64,000 nucleotides of DNA from the NCBI GenBank assembly GCA_965649825.1, contig OZ287703.1, positions 863,722 through 927,721 on the forward strand, in the 5' to 3' direction. The notes under the pieces were generated by a model. The model was not told the origin of the DNA. It searched no databases and saw nothing but the letters and a program-made list of their open reading frames with translations. The stretch's first letter is position 1. Every line of letters begins with the position of its first letter. Made by a program: the position numbers and the translations under genes. The stretch comes from Penicillus capitatus (taxonomy: Eukaryota > Plantae > Chlorophyta). Of the stretch, positions 24,701 through 37,592 are shown in pieces.

Positions 24701-26590
24701 ATACTCGATTTTCCCGTGATGTCCTCCATGTCATTGAGAAGAGCTGCCAGTAGCGAACTCTTGCCGCTGCCGACCCTGCCCGCGATGCCGATCAGCTCTC
24801 CTGGATGTATGCATAACGATATATCCCACAGAACCTGTCGCAGTTGAGGCTTTGCTTTCACCGTCTGACGTAAACGTCCATCAACAAAGAATCTCGCGAT
24901 GCTGTGGAGGATACTTTTGATCGTCTTCGGCCTGGCGCCCGTTTCTGTGTGCCAGGCTTAGGGTCTGCGTTCTGCATGTACCATCCATAGTTACCCTGAC
25001 AGACCTCCACTCTCCCGCAAGGAATCTCTCTGTCAGCCGTATCACTGCTTTCCTGTCTCTTCTCTGGCGTCTTGAAGAAAGCATCCAGCCTCTTAGCAGT
25101 GACATAAGCTTCGCTGACGTGTTCAACGGCGACAGCAAAGAGATATGCCAATGTCAACCGCGGCAGCATCATCGTCGTCAATGCAAGAAAAACATCAGGA
25201 ACATTGAACTCCCCTTCTGTAAACCGATACTGCCGAAAACACAGCAGAGATATAAAGACAGCCGGTACCCATGGGATGCGTACGGTAATGAAGGTGACGC
25301 AGACAACGAGGGCTCGCGTCACACCAGGTAGGGATATGTTGAGTGCCTTGATGCAGCCTTTCAGCAGCAGAAGTCTGTGCTCTCTTCGACGAATGGCGCA
25401 CACATCAGCGATCAGCGGTTCTTCCCAGCAAAGCATCTTCACAGAAAGATTTCCCGAAATGATCTCCTCGGTGAGATGGATTCTCCTGTCGGTTACCACA
25501 GCTGTCTTTTCTCTACATCTTCTCAGGTATTTCGACAGGATAGACTGCAAAGTGCTGTGAGCGTAGCGAATACATAAATATCGAGGGCGACCTGGATTGG
25601 AATAACGATCAGGATGCAACTCATCCCAGCTACGGCGGGAACGATTCCTAAGATGTGCGTAACGACGATGAGTGTGAAGATTCCCTCTAATGGTCCGACG
25701 AAAAGAAAAAACCACATGGTGCCGAGCTGCTCAAATCGCTTGACATCGTTACTGGCGAGATTCACGATTTGACCTGCACAGTCATCTGTGAGCGCACTGG
25801 ACTTAACGCGACGAGCACCTGTCGTCGTCTTTGCAATGGCAGAGTAATTCAGTCTGAGCAGCTTCGCATGAATCGCAGCCGTGAGCATCACACGCAAACG
25901 ATATCCGATATAGAACCCGATCCTACAGATGAGACACTCTTGGTTTCGGTTTGAGGACGCATCTCTACGGACCAGGCCATTCGATGATGCGTCAGCATGA
26001 AGACGACGGGACTGAGTGTCAGAAGACATCCAAAAAAGATGCCGTTACCCAGATCGCTGTCACCATTCTTGTAATCTTCCAGCCACACGAGCATCGCTCT
26101 GAGAGCAAAGGGAGCGTACAACCTTGACGAGGTCATGACCGTGTGAGGATACCGACAGGCAGAATGTTTGCGCTCACCGGGTAGCGGTCTCGATTGCAAG
26201 GAAGAGAAACACTTGGAGCGAGAGCTTCCACTCTTGCATCACGATAGCCAGCATCACATCATTGGCGCTGGAATTTTTGCGGTTCTGCAGGACAACCATG
26301 GACTCAAGAGTCAATGTGGCGACGGATGGACCAACCCGGACGGCGCTGTAGTTGGTTTCGAATTTTTTCAGCAGATCGGCCGTTGAGACATCTGGGTGAA
26401 ACTCTTTGGCCGAGAACTGGTCGAGCTCGCCCCTGGCTCCTTTATCGATAAGGGGCTCCACGAAAGAAAAGGAGAAAAAAGAACATGTGGCGCACAGACT
26501 GCGCCACAAAGAACCAAAGAAGGAACATAACTGCGGTCTTTTCTTTTTACGAGGTACGGACGTTTCCCTACAACCAACAGAGGCATTCAT
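21760..26590 (-). CDS. ABC transporter subfamily C (MRP4-like, no TMD0), copy 1, multi-exon
   Basis: Two TMD-NBD halves; NBD1 [39 protein letters not shown]; NBD2 [35 protein letters not shown]; [17 protein letters not shown]. Confidence 0.95.
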
Positions 26591-27205
26591 ACCGTGCGAA
26601 TGCGTCAACAACGGCAAACTGTTTGATGGTGTTACAACGCAGTTAGTACGCACCTTAATACTTATGCCAACGGTATGAAGACGCGGGCCGTCCACTGGAC
26701 GGACCTCGTCCTCAAGGTTTCGACGCGCTTACGGAGAAACGACAGGTTACGTTCTCCCGAAACACAGGCGTTCACTTCGTGGTGCATGGAAGAGCAAGAG
26801 AGGAGACGGAGACTGTTGGCCTTGGTGCAAGAGTGTTGGAAGAAATGTTTTTTTTTCGGGTCACTCTTTCGACGAGAGGTTTGGGGCACCTCTTAAGCGC
26901 TTTGTTTCCGAAAGCCAACCGTAGGAACGTCGGTATTGATCATAAAGAAATGTTCAGCTGTATCTGGGCTGACCTGAAAACAGACGCCATCAAAAATTGC
27001 TTACAGGAAATGTACTCTCAACGCTGCAGGTAACAAGTAAGATCGTATCTGTTGATACGATCAAGAATCCTAACTCATTGCCAAAAAAGATGCCACTAAG
27101 AATCGCTCAAAAAACGATCTGGAGAACGGAGTCCTCCTTGACTCGATCGACCCTGCAAGAACAGACGTATAAGGTAAAGGCTTTTAGTACTGTGACTTTC
27201 ACTTG

Positions 27206-28738
27206 CTAGATAAGGCAATACTGGCGGAGGAGGTTATGATACGATCCAATACTGGTTCTCGGTTGTTTAAATTGAAATTCGCTGCTCTCGTCGTGATAAC
27301 GGCTCCAGATTCTGTCGTTCACGTACAAGGTCTGTAGACTGGTTAACAGATCGAGGGAATGTGGCATATCGGCCACGGCCTGCTCGTGATCGACATGTAA
27401 AGATATCACGCATAGATTGGAAAGTCTGTGGAGTTGGCGGAGGCCATCCACCGTGACACTCTGTCTGATGCTCAGGCCAAGCACCTCCAAATTCGCCAAT
27501 CCTGCCACGTGGTGGAGAATCTCGTCGAGAAACATTGGTATCAGGAAGAGCGATCGAAGATCCGTCAACTGTGCGAGCATTGGCAAAACCGCACGATGAA
27601 CGGAGGAGGTCTGGCTGCCACTCAGCGTCAGACTTTTGAGGTTCTTCATACTTAAGACAAAAGAGAAATGATCATCTGCGACGGCACAATCGATCATGCC
27701 AAGAACGCGCAGCTCTGGAAGCTTTCCTTCCAGCGCCTTTCCGTCGAAAGCGAGATAATCCAGGCGAAGGACGCGAAGCTGACGCAGAGAGGCGAACAAC
27801 GCATCCGGCAGATGCCGACGTCGATTGCCGGGGTAAATAACGATCTCCAGAACCTCGAGTTTCTCAAACATGCCAGAGATCTGCAAGGTGGAGTATGTGT
27901 CGACATCCAGGTCTGCTATATGCAGCTTCTTCAACTGAGGGAGGTTTGCGATCCAGTGGAGTTCCTCCATTCCAGGCCCTCTCACGGATAACGACGTGAT
28001 ACAGGAAGCATCGACTTTGCAGTTTCTCTGTAAAGACACGCCAACGAGATGAAAATCTTTGGCGGTTGCAGGTATCTCGAATAGAAACGTATCGTGGCCT
28101 GTCACGCACATAAAGAATCCGTGCATTTGCAAGACCTCCAGCCCGGTGAAGGCGTTAGCGAATGTCTGAAGGTGATGCGTACAGAATTTGATGAGGCTCT
28201 GGCTTCGAAGCGTCGGATTCAGGAGGTAGAAGCCAGGCTCATCGCGCTTTGGATTACGGACGAAATAGACAAGGATGGATGTGATATTGCTGAGCTTCGA
28301 CCAAAAGAATTTCGACGCCTTTGCGTTGCACTGCAAGGAACCGATCGCGATTTCGCAATCCACTTCGAGAGAACGGAGGAGAGGAAGGCGAACAAGAATA
28401 TCCACGACGTACTCGAGGTTGCTGAGAAAGATAACGGAAGACGAAAGTGACGAGCACGCCTCAGATGACGCCTCAGCAAGTCTTCGTTCGAAGCTCAAGA
28501 ATGACGAGACGTCCACGGTGCTGAGACAAGGAAACTTCAACAGAGACGCCAAATCCTTAGCGTCGACTCTTCGCGTTCGTCCAGGGCGGACTTCGAAGAT
28601 GTTGCTGTCTATGGCTTGAGACCAGTGCTTGTTTAGGAGTCTCAAGGATGATCCGCTTTGCCTCCATCGAGGCGTTTTCTTCAGTGCTGTCGCGATGTCG
28701 CTGATAACGGGAGGGGGCAAGACCGACCAGCCGTCCAT
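27206..28738 (-). CDS. Intronless F-box/LRR (RNI-like) protein, copy B, intact (510 aa from ATG 28738)
   Basis: MDGWSVLPPPVISDIATAL..LRLLNKHW F-box-like N-terminus; LRRs (LPQLKKLHI, LRQLRVLRL, LPELRVLGM, LTDLRSLFL); paralog of 2171-5342. Confidence 0.88.
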   Translation of the reverse strand: MDGWSVLPPPVISDIATALKKTPRWRQSGSSLRLLNKHWSQAIDSNIFEVRPGRTRRVDAKDLASLLKFPCLSTVDVSSFLSFERRLAEASSEACSSLSSSVIFLSNLEYVVDILVRLPLLRSLEVDCEIAIGSLQCNAKASKFFWSKLSNITSILVYFVRNPKRDEPGFYLLNPTLRSQSLIKFCTHHLQTFANAFTGLEVLQMHGFFMCVTGHDTFLFEIPATAKDFHLVGVSLQRNCKVDASCITSLSVRGPGMEELHWIANLPQLKKLHIADLDVDTYSTLQISGMFEKLEVLEIVIYPGNRRRHLPDALFASLRQLRVLRLDYLAFDGKALEGKLPELRVLGMIDCAVADDHFSFVLSMKNLKSLTLSGSQTSSVHRAVLPMLAQLTDLRSLFLIPMFLDEILHHVAGLANLEVLGLSIRQSVTVDGLRQLHRLSNLCVISLHVDHEQAVADMPHSLDLLTSLQTLYVNDRIWSRYHDESSEFQFKQPRTSIGSYHNLLRQYCLI

Positions 28739-29075
28739 CGTCTCTAAAACAGAGCGTTTCGCGACGACGTTGTAGGCACTGCCTCGTCGAGCCTCGTTGT
28801 TCGTACAGCTGCGGTCGTGGCAGGAAATTCTGAGGGAACCTCCGTTCCTTTCGACATCGATCGGTTCATGTCGTCGGTGACGAATTGAACGCGAAATCTC
28901 GGGGTGAGAGAATATCGTTACGGCGCCTGCTCGAGGAGAAACGAACGATCGCGTCGGCGAACGACATCTTGTTCGGCGATAGAAGACATAGATAGAACGC
29001 AAAGAGGTGGCTGAATAGCGCACCTTGTCGTAACATGCATTCTTGAACGGTCACGTCTCGAGAGAGCGACTTAGG

Positions 29076-30480
29076 GAGAGAGCTCTGCGTCAGTGCATAA
29101 CACTCTGAATCTCTTTTGGCGCACGAACGAGTCAAGCACACGACATCAGTCGATTACAACGACAAAGGGACCGACGACCAAAAAAGGACAGAGTTGAGTG
29201 AGACTCGACGAACACTTTTGTTGTCTTGAGGTCCACCTAGGCGAACTAGACAGATAGACATACTTGAGAATTCTCAATGGCGGACACATAAACAAACTCG
29301 GCTAGTGCATGCATTCGAACAGACAGACATACAGCTACGAACCCCCCCCCCAATTGACATACGGCATTCTCATGGATCATTCTCATTCGACTAAAGGAAT
29401 GTTATTCTGAACAGAAGACGTCGGTCGCGGTATCTACAGCGCCACACATGCCATCGTGTCGAGGGAAGGGGAGAGAGGCTACCTTGGAAGAGTTCCTGGG
29501 CAACGGTCGCTTCGCTCTCTAACATCCGACATCCAGGACGATCTCCTTGTCCGCCGACACTTGGTGGAAGGACATGCGACGATAACAGCCGTCGTCGCTC
29601 AAATCCTCGCAGACGGCTTCGCTCTGCTCCATCGCCTGGAAGAGCTGTTCGTCGACGAGGTTTAGGTCTTCGTCAAGTGTCTCGAAGATGTCGAAGGCGC
29701 GCTGCATGTGGGCGCAGAAGGCAAACCTAGTGAAAGGGCCAAAGGGTCAGCGCACGCATCGCCGGGTCGGTCTTGGACTTTTTGGCGGACTCGGCCAGAA
29801 GGACTCCTTCGGGATCGAGGTCGCAGGAAGGAGAAGGATCGCCGTTCTCGACATTGACGTGGACGTAGTAGTGGGCGGCATCGGAGCTCGTCCAGCAGAC
29901 ATGTTTCTCGTGCAGTGGCAGGACGTTCATCCAACCACGGCATCGCCATTCGAGAGAGCGATAGGGATAAGCGATCGCAACGTTGAAGATCGTCTCGGTG
30001 GTGCACTTGTTCTTGAAGTTCACGCAGACACGATGTTCGGCATCAGCAGCGGCCAAGCCTCTCTGATGTGCCGTCTCCATCGCTGAGCAACACAGAAATG
30101 CCACTCTCCGAAGAAGGAGCAGAACGGCCTCACCGTCTCGAATCATTTGGGATCTCGCACAAAGGAAGAGTGACAGAAGGAACTGCAAACAAAGAAGACG
30201 AATGAGACGTTTCGAGCCGCGGCATGAAGCGTGAAACGAAGAATGGTTTGCAGAGCGTGCGCAGTTCGTGACGTCGACGCCATGACCGTGTGACGATGCA
30301 TCGCGAGGAAGGAGCTCACCACGAGATGAACGCATCTTTGCATAGTGCTTGACGTGTGTCTCCGAAGAACAGACGGTGGAAATTTGACACACGTTTAGTG
30401 GGAACGACGTCTTGGAGTGGGTCTGGACAGCGATAGCGGAAACCCTCTTGGCGGTTGTGTACTTTGCCGTTCGTGATTCA
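29076..30480. repeat. Near-identical core of a long inverted repeat, arm 2 (partner 590-1991)
   Basis: Reverse-complement match to 590-1991. Confidence 0.93.
29519..30335 (-). CDS. DUF1036-like protein, copy B
   Basis: Near-identical to 733-1549, same intron layout. Confidence 0.55.
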
Positions 30481-30783
30481 ATTGATTTCAAACTGCTGAA
30501 AAGACAACACAGGTCGCTGTGTGTCGCATCACGGCTGTTGATTATTGATATGCATCTCATGGCTGCCGCATCATGACATTGAAATGGCTTGTTGATACTA
30601 ACGTAAAACGAAGCATCGCTCCATTATCAAGATATAAAGGTGCTGACTGGACGGAGATCTGTCTGTCTGTGTTCTTTGACGATCTGTTGAGAACGCAACT
30701 CCTCGAACAGCGAGTGCTCAGCCTCCCAACGGACTAACGGGCAGTTTCGTCAGTTTATATCTTGCTTCGTTTCTGAGGTAACA

Positions 30784-32656
30784 ATGCCTCTGCTCTTGCT
30801 GTGTTTGCTCTGTTTGCGATTTGCGGCCGGAACTGACCCCGATCCCGCGACGGCTTTTCGTCTCGTTCCTAAAGCGGAAGTTAAGTCGCTTCCGGGATTC
30901 GACGGCGGCGCTTTTCTGTCGAGGCATTATGCCGGATACCTGACCGTCGACGCACAACGTCGCAGTCACCTCTTTTACTACTTTGTCGAATCGGAGAACG
31001 GCCTCGAAAACGACCCCCTCGTTCTATGGCTCAATGGAGGACCTGGTTGCTCGAGTCTCCAAGGATTTGTCTACGAGCATGGCCCTTTTACTTTCGACTA
31101 CAATGACGGCGACGTCAAGCTCAGCAGGAATCCCCATGCATGGACCAAAGTGGCTAGTGTGATATATCTGGACTCCCCTGCTGGTCGATCGAGCCTGACC
31201 AAAAACAGGAAAAGACGTTGTCTTGTCATAGGTGCCGGGATGTCGTATTCGGAAGGTGTCTCCCGCTACAAAACGGATGATCACAAGACAGCCGAGGATC
31301 TGTATGCGGCCGTGCTGAAGTTCTTGGAGCTCTTTCCAGACTTCGCCGAAAACGAGTTCTTCGTCGCAGGCACGACACTATCTCACTACCTCACTCTTTC
31401 TCACACTTTTTGATTCTGAAGGAGAGAGTTATGGCGGAATCTATGCGCCGATGTTAGTGGACAAGATTGTCGAGGGCAATAAGGAAAACCCGACAACCAA
31501 CATCAACCTCATTGTACCATTCTTCTATGCGTTTTTACTTTTTGAGGTGACCGCTGCGATCAGGGGTACTTAGTTGGCAACGGTCTAGTCAGCGACTTTC
31601 ACGACGATTGGAATGTACTTCGTTGGCAGAGCGTAGTCTTTGCTCATGGCAAATCCCTGATCTCCGACAAGATGTTTAATGAGCTGCAGGCGACATGCCA
31701 AGAAAAACTAATCAGGGAAATGCAAGGTACGATGATGACCTTGGAAGAATGACATTCAATCAGTTGTTTTAGAAGCGACTTGCATTCAGCTGATAGACGA
31801 AACGAGAAAGAAGTTCTTCAAACCGCCGCTCAATCATTACCACGTTGCTGGAAAGTGCGACCGTAAACCGGAAGGAACTACGACTGATGATGTTCCATCA
31901 AATCGAACAAACTGGGCGAATGCATTGATCGAACAGAATGGATGGATATGGCCGCCCCTTGGTCCTTTGCCAGCAATGGGCCCTGGTCGTAACGAGATGA
32001 ATACGAACCCCAACCGTTTTACATGCACAGACTACTGGTGCAACGAGTATGGTACACAAGTGTCACCTCAATGGTTTCTGTCCAGGACGGCGGAAGCGTG
32101 GCTCAATAAAAAAGAAGTCCGAAAAGCCATCCACGCTGCGCCCATTGAAACCTCTGGCCGTTTCGATCTCTGTTCCGAGAGAATAGAGTACAAAAGATAC
32201 TCGACTTCCGTCTTCCATCTCCACAAGAGATTTGTAACGAAGGAAGGTCGTTTTTCACAGATGAGATCGAGCAATCGTGCAGTTCTGTGTCGTCAGGGCT
32301 CCACGCTTTAATCTACAGCGGCGATCATGACCTGCTTGTGCCGCACACACACACAGAGATGTGGACAACTGGCTTAGGGCTCGAAGTCATTTCTCCATGG
32401 GAGGCGTGGACCGAAGGGGACGAACAGGTTCCTTTTCTCATGGACTCGGTTGTTTCGTGAAAGACTGTCTTAGGTTGGCGGATACCATATCGAATATGAA
32501 GGCCTAACATACTGCACCATTCGCAATGCAGGGCACTATGCTCCACAGACGCATCCGAAGCAAGCACTCGAGATGTTTCGCCGCTTCCTGAAGCAAAAAT
32601 CTATGGACGATCCAACTGAAGAGCCATCTTCAGCAGCTCCTTCATTTGTCTATTGA
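30784..32656 (+). CDS. Serine carboxypeptidase-like protein (peptidase S10), copy B, complete, multi-exon
   Basis: Signal peptide, WLNGGPGCSS, catalytic GESYGG (~31400), YSGDHDLLVP (Asp) and NAGHYAP (His); stop TGA at 32654-32656. Confidence 0.93.
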
Positions 32657-32833
32657 TTTGAATGGCGTGGCACTAGATCTGCTTTATTCAGTTCTTGCAG
32701 ATTTGTAATGCAAGTGCAGATTTGACGTTTCGAATGGCTCGTTGCCAACGTATCTAGTGGGATTTTTGCCATCTCATCACCCAACCACTCATTTACACGT
32801 GCCATCCACTTCGACTTAGCCGATCTTCGCAGA

Positions 32834-34491
32834 ATGTCTTCGATCGCCACCGCAACAGCGTCGTCATCGTCGTCGCTGTCAAAACAGAACATTCTCTGCG
32901 CCGTGCGTCGCCCAGCGCATGGCGCGATGAAGGTCAGAGAGTAGGAAGGCATGGCGGAGACAAACGCACCTTTCTTCTTAAGGTCGGGTCGAGTGGAGCG
33001 ACCTCTGTCGCGCGGCCCGTGTTTCGAAAAGCGTTTCTTGGCGAGATCTCCGCTCTGAAATCTGCTGAACCCTCTGCAACGTTGTCCACAAGCATCACCG
33101 GTCCCCGTGCCGAGGTGAGCACCTTCCTCTCAGCTTCTCTCTTTGATCGCTCCTTCAAAGCTCGGAGACTCGCTGGAGGAGTTCCTTGTGAAAGCCACAC
33201 CGGACACGCGATTGCGTCAGCTCATGATGAGCATGGCAGAGTGCTCACGTACCATTGCCTTCAATGTCAGCCATCGAGCACTTCCATCCGATTCCGCAGA
33301 TCGTGGCTATGCCATCTAGGTCCGTACAGCATCCTGCGATGCACAGGGATGCATGAATTCCTTTGGCGATGAGCAATTGGCCGTCGATCTCCGTGCCGAT
33401 CAACTTCTCTTCGAAGCATTGACCTACTCCGTATCACTCCTCGCTCGCATAAGGCCAACGCACATGATGATGTGACTGCAGCATGTGTGTGAGTACGCGT
33501 GCAGCGAAGAGAATCCGGAGCCTGTGGATTGCAAAGGTGCGATGGCAGGGGTTGCCGTATTGAAGAGGTGTGGCATAGGGGAGGGCTACTCGGTGGCATT
33601 CGATCCCCTGGACGGAAGCTCCATCGTGGACACGAATTTTACGGTGGGGACTGTCTTTGGTGTCTGGCCAGGATCGAAACTCAAAGGCATTAAAGGATCA
33701 GATATGGTGACAAAAACCCCATTGATTGCTACGGTTAAGCGATTGGACATAGGCAGCATCCGGTATCGCCGTCTATGGACCGAGGACGGTGTTCTGCATC
33801 GCCATCAAAGGATTCCCAGGAACACACGAATTCCTTCTTATGGATGAAGGAAAGTGGAAACACGTGAAAGAGACGACCGAGATCGGTAACGCCCTCCTCT
33901 TTCTCATACAGGAGCCCATTCTTAACCGTAGGAGAGGGGAAGCTCTTCTCTCCTGGAAACTTGAGAGCCACGTTTGACAATCCAGAATACGAGAAACTCG
34001 TCAATTTCTACATCGAAGAGAAATATACCCTCAGGTGCTGGCGGTGTTAAAGACAGTGGCGGCGAGTGTTTGTTTGTGCAGATATACTGGCGGCATGGTG
34101 CCAGATGTCTTTCAGATTATTGTCAAGGAGAAGGGCGTCTTTACCAACGTCATCTCTGCTTCCACCAAAGCCAAGCTTCGCATTCTTTTTGAAGTGGCTC
34201 CTCTGGCGCTTTTGGTCACACTTTCTCACTCTTCTCGGTTTTATCGATACTCGAATGGTCTTCAGGTTGAACAGGCAGGCGGCGCCAGCAGCTGCGATGG
34301 GCGATGCGAGTCTGCCCTGGATATCGAGATCAAAGACTACGATCAGCGATCGCAAGTCTGTTTCGGATCAAAAGGCGAAGTCAAACGCTTCGAAGAATAT
34401 CTCTACGGTATGTCCACTCACTCACGCACATCTCACTCTTTTCCTAACCGCAGGCAAATCTCCACGCTTCGCTGAGTTACAAGTCAGCTAA
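32834..34491 (+). CDS. SBP: Sedoheptulose-1,7-bisphosphatase, chloroplast precursor
   Basis: Ser/Ala-rich transit peptide; [20 protein letters not shown] (redox CxxxxC), [58 protein letters not shown]. Confidence 0.96.
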
Positions 34492-34741
34492 AAGCACATG
34501 AATGGATTGTTTGCGATGTTGACAATGATGTTATTTGTTATTGATTTCATTTTTGATGAGATGTCTGAGAGAAGCGGTGTTTGTGTGTGAGGAGATATTC
34601 GCACGGTGCATTTCAAAACATACTCTGGACGAAAAAGAGAAAACTCAACCGAAAACGCGACGTATGGCACACTTTGAAGAATTCACGAAACGCCATGCAT
34701 GAACCAATGTCCACAAACCATAGTAGATACAGCGCCAGAGG

Positions 34742-36948
34742 CTAAGTCTGGCCAAATCGACGTCGATACTGACGTGACTTGAAAGACGTGGGCGATGTGA
34801 CGGTTGGATGCGCACCGGGCCACGTCCGACGTCTCTCTCCCGCGCGCTCAGCCGCCGTGTTCTTGGAAAGACGCACCGGCGAAGCGTCGTCGAGCAATTC
34901 CAGTGCATCGGCAGGGGTCATGAACCAGCGAGCGCTGACAGCCATGTCGCTCAGTCCTTCCTCACCTTGCGGCTGATGTCCAACTTTTAACGTTTTGCGC
35001 ACCGTTTTATCGGTAATGGACTGCAGCACCTTCCTGGCACGTTCCAGATATGATATATGTCGATAATGGACGCTCTGCGTCGAGGATTGAAGCGCACGGA
35101 GTTTCGCCATGGTGTTACCCAGTCGTTCCGCCTTGCTCGTAAAATTGTGCGGCATCATCCACTTCCCAGTCGCCACATTGAACCTACACACATCACACAT
35201 ACACACATCTCCTGGCATGCCACCATCTAACCTATAGAAAGGCAGCAGACGCCATCCCTCTTTCGCAATGAGCAGAATAGCCGCCGACAAGAAATCGAGA
35301 TCGATATCTTTCATGAAGTACATGAGGCTGAAATGCACACAGCCCACGTGCATGATCTTTTCACTGGCAAACGGCATGGCAGAATCATGGGAGAGAATAC
35401 TGTGCATAGCTCTCTGACATTCTAACTGAGGTGTTTCTGGCAAATGATGAACGGCAGCAGGCCGAAGAGCGGCACTGATGCCGAAGAGGTCTTGCAACAG
35501 AGCAACAATGAAGCCATGATGCATGGCCCATTCTGTATGGGGATGAAAGAAGAGAAGAGAGAGATAGGGCAGAGCAATGGCATCTGTCCGACGTCCTGCC
35601 ACGTGAATGGACTCCTGCGTCGATAGACTTCTCGACAGACGCTCCGACACTTCGAGCGTGCGCTTCTGCAGGTAGCAATCGCCAAAGTACCCCTTCAGCT
35701 CAAAGGCGGCTCGTGCTCGAATGGGACCAGCCACGATGTGACGTCGTCGATCGCGTGATGTGACAGGCTCCTGTGTGGAATGCGGAGACAGGCATCGATC
35801 GATCTCGCCTTCGACACAGGAGTAGGAGAGGATGCCTTCGAGGACGGTCTCGAACATCGGATTGATCAGAGACGTGCCTTTCGTAATGAACACCCCCGAG
35901 GCGCCTTCGCCACCCAAAAAGCGATCCGTGCGCACATAGGCCGCATCCTTGTACGTCAGTCCACCGTACGATACGATGGGACAGACATCGATCTTGGTAT
36001 AGGCGGCGGCGGCAGAGTAGTCCCACACAGACAGCGCCCCGTTAGAATGCAGCAGTGCTGTTATCTGTTGGGTATCATTCAGGACGCCTGTCGTCGAATC
36101 GCCCACGGAGAACGCCCCAATTATCGTCCGCTCCTGTTTTCGATAGAACTTCAGCAGCGTCTCCAGTTTTCGCCGGTCGTAGTGTCCATCGCTATCGTTT
36201 GCAATCTCCGTCACCTCTGCTCCAAGTTTTCGCACCTCCTGACGCAATGGACTGTCCAAATCGCGACCCAGAAGAACAACAGGTGGACGGTAGCTCTCGG
36301 CACAGAGCCTTGGCACATCGAGTGCCTGGAGGTAGGACAGAAACACATCACTGAATTCTCCATCGGTAAACAGCACCACATGGTGTTCAGAACAGTTCGT
36401 CGCTCGATGTATCAATCCCCTTGCCTCTTCCCTGTCCACAAGAATTGCCCAATAAGAGAACGGCTGTCGGATTGGATGTACCGCGTGTCAATGAGTCGCT
36501 TCTTGGGGAGGATATTGCCGTCGTGCTCGCGGTCCAAGTGCGGCTCGATCGTCTCTTCCACATATTTCTGGATGATCTTCAGCGTCCCGCCCGAGACGAG
36601 AAAGTCGCAAGGTAGGATATCACGTTCCCCGAAGGGACCGTGCCATACGGGTCGCTCGGCAAAGGCGGCCTTACGCAGCCATTGAAGCGGTTTCTTTGAG
36701 CTTTTCTTCACTTTGTGTTGCAAATGGGCTGTTAACGTCGTCATACTTAAACACAGCTGGTCTGGCCGCAGCGTGCGGGCTATGGATGAAATATGAAGTG
36801 ATGTGACGTTACGTGGCATGAGAGAGGAAGTGATGCTGCGGGTGGGGAACGTCATCCCATCAAAATCAGAAGCTGTCTGCACATCAGGAAAACTGTGAAT
36901 CACTGGTTTGCTTACAGAGAGCAATACATAGAGAAATAGCAACCTCAT
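34742..36948 (-). CDS. Class V aminotransferase / cysteine desulfurase-like PLP-fold protein lacking the Schiff-base Lys; start uncertain
   Basis: HGPFGERDILPCDFLVSG, 50-nt intron then REEARGLI, GAFSVGDSTTG, WDYSAAAAY, RTDRFLGG at the SxHK position, C-terminal RWFMTP. Confidence 0.75.
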
Positions 36949-37592
36949 TTGGTAGGTAATAAGCAGGTAGGCGGCAGATCGACAGATAGGCAGAAGAACG
37001 ACAGAGGTCTCATACACGCTACCGCAACGTGACGAATTCTGTTAAAAATCAAAGTACGCTGAGAATCGTTATCATCGGCTCTCAAGGCAATAGCGGATCT
37101 CAATATGCACAATGCGTAGGGCTGGTTGCATTTCCCGTAATCAGCTTCGCCTCCCACCAAATGATCCATGTGTATTTGTTTTGTTTTGAATTTTATCGTT
37201 TATGTAAGGAGATACGTGGTCATCATGTCCGTCGTCATCGTTGAACGCCAATTGCTGTCTCCTAGCAGACACCCCCAAGAGAATTGGATGTGGTAAAGAA
37301 AAGCCGGCAAACCAATTTCGATAGCGCCACAGACGAACAGGTGTACGAATCGAACAGATAGAATGCCAGGAAGGCCTGGGCAATACGGCACAGAAAACTG
37401 TCGCAAAATTTATGAACACTTCATCAGACGCGAGGATGCTATACCAAACCGAACCGAATGCAGGAAATCGAGAGCTCCTTTCTCCAACAGAATCAGCCCC
37501 GTCACAGACGCCCGAGCAATGGAAAGGAAGGAAGGAGTCATCAACAGTTTCGACAGAGACAAGGACCGAACTCGATCGACATTCAGCACCGC

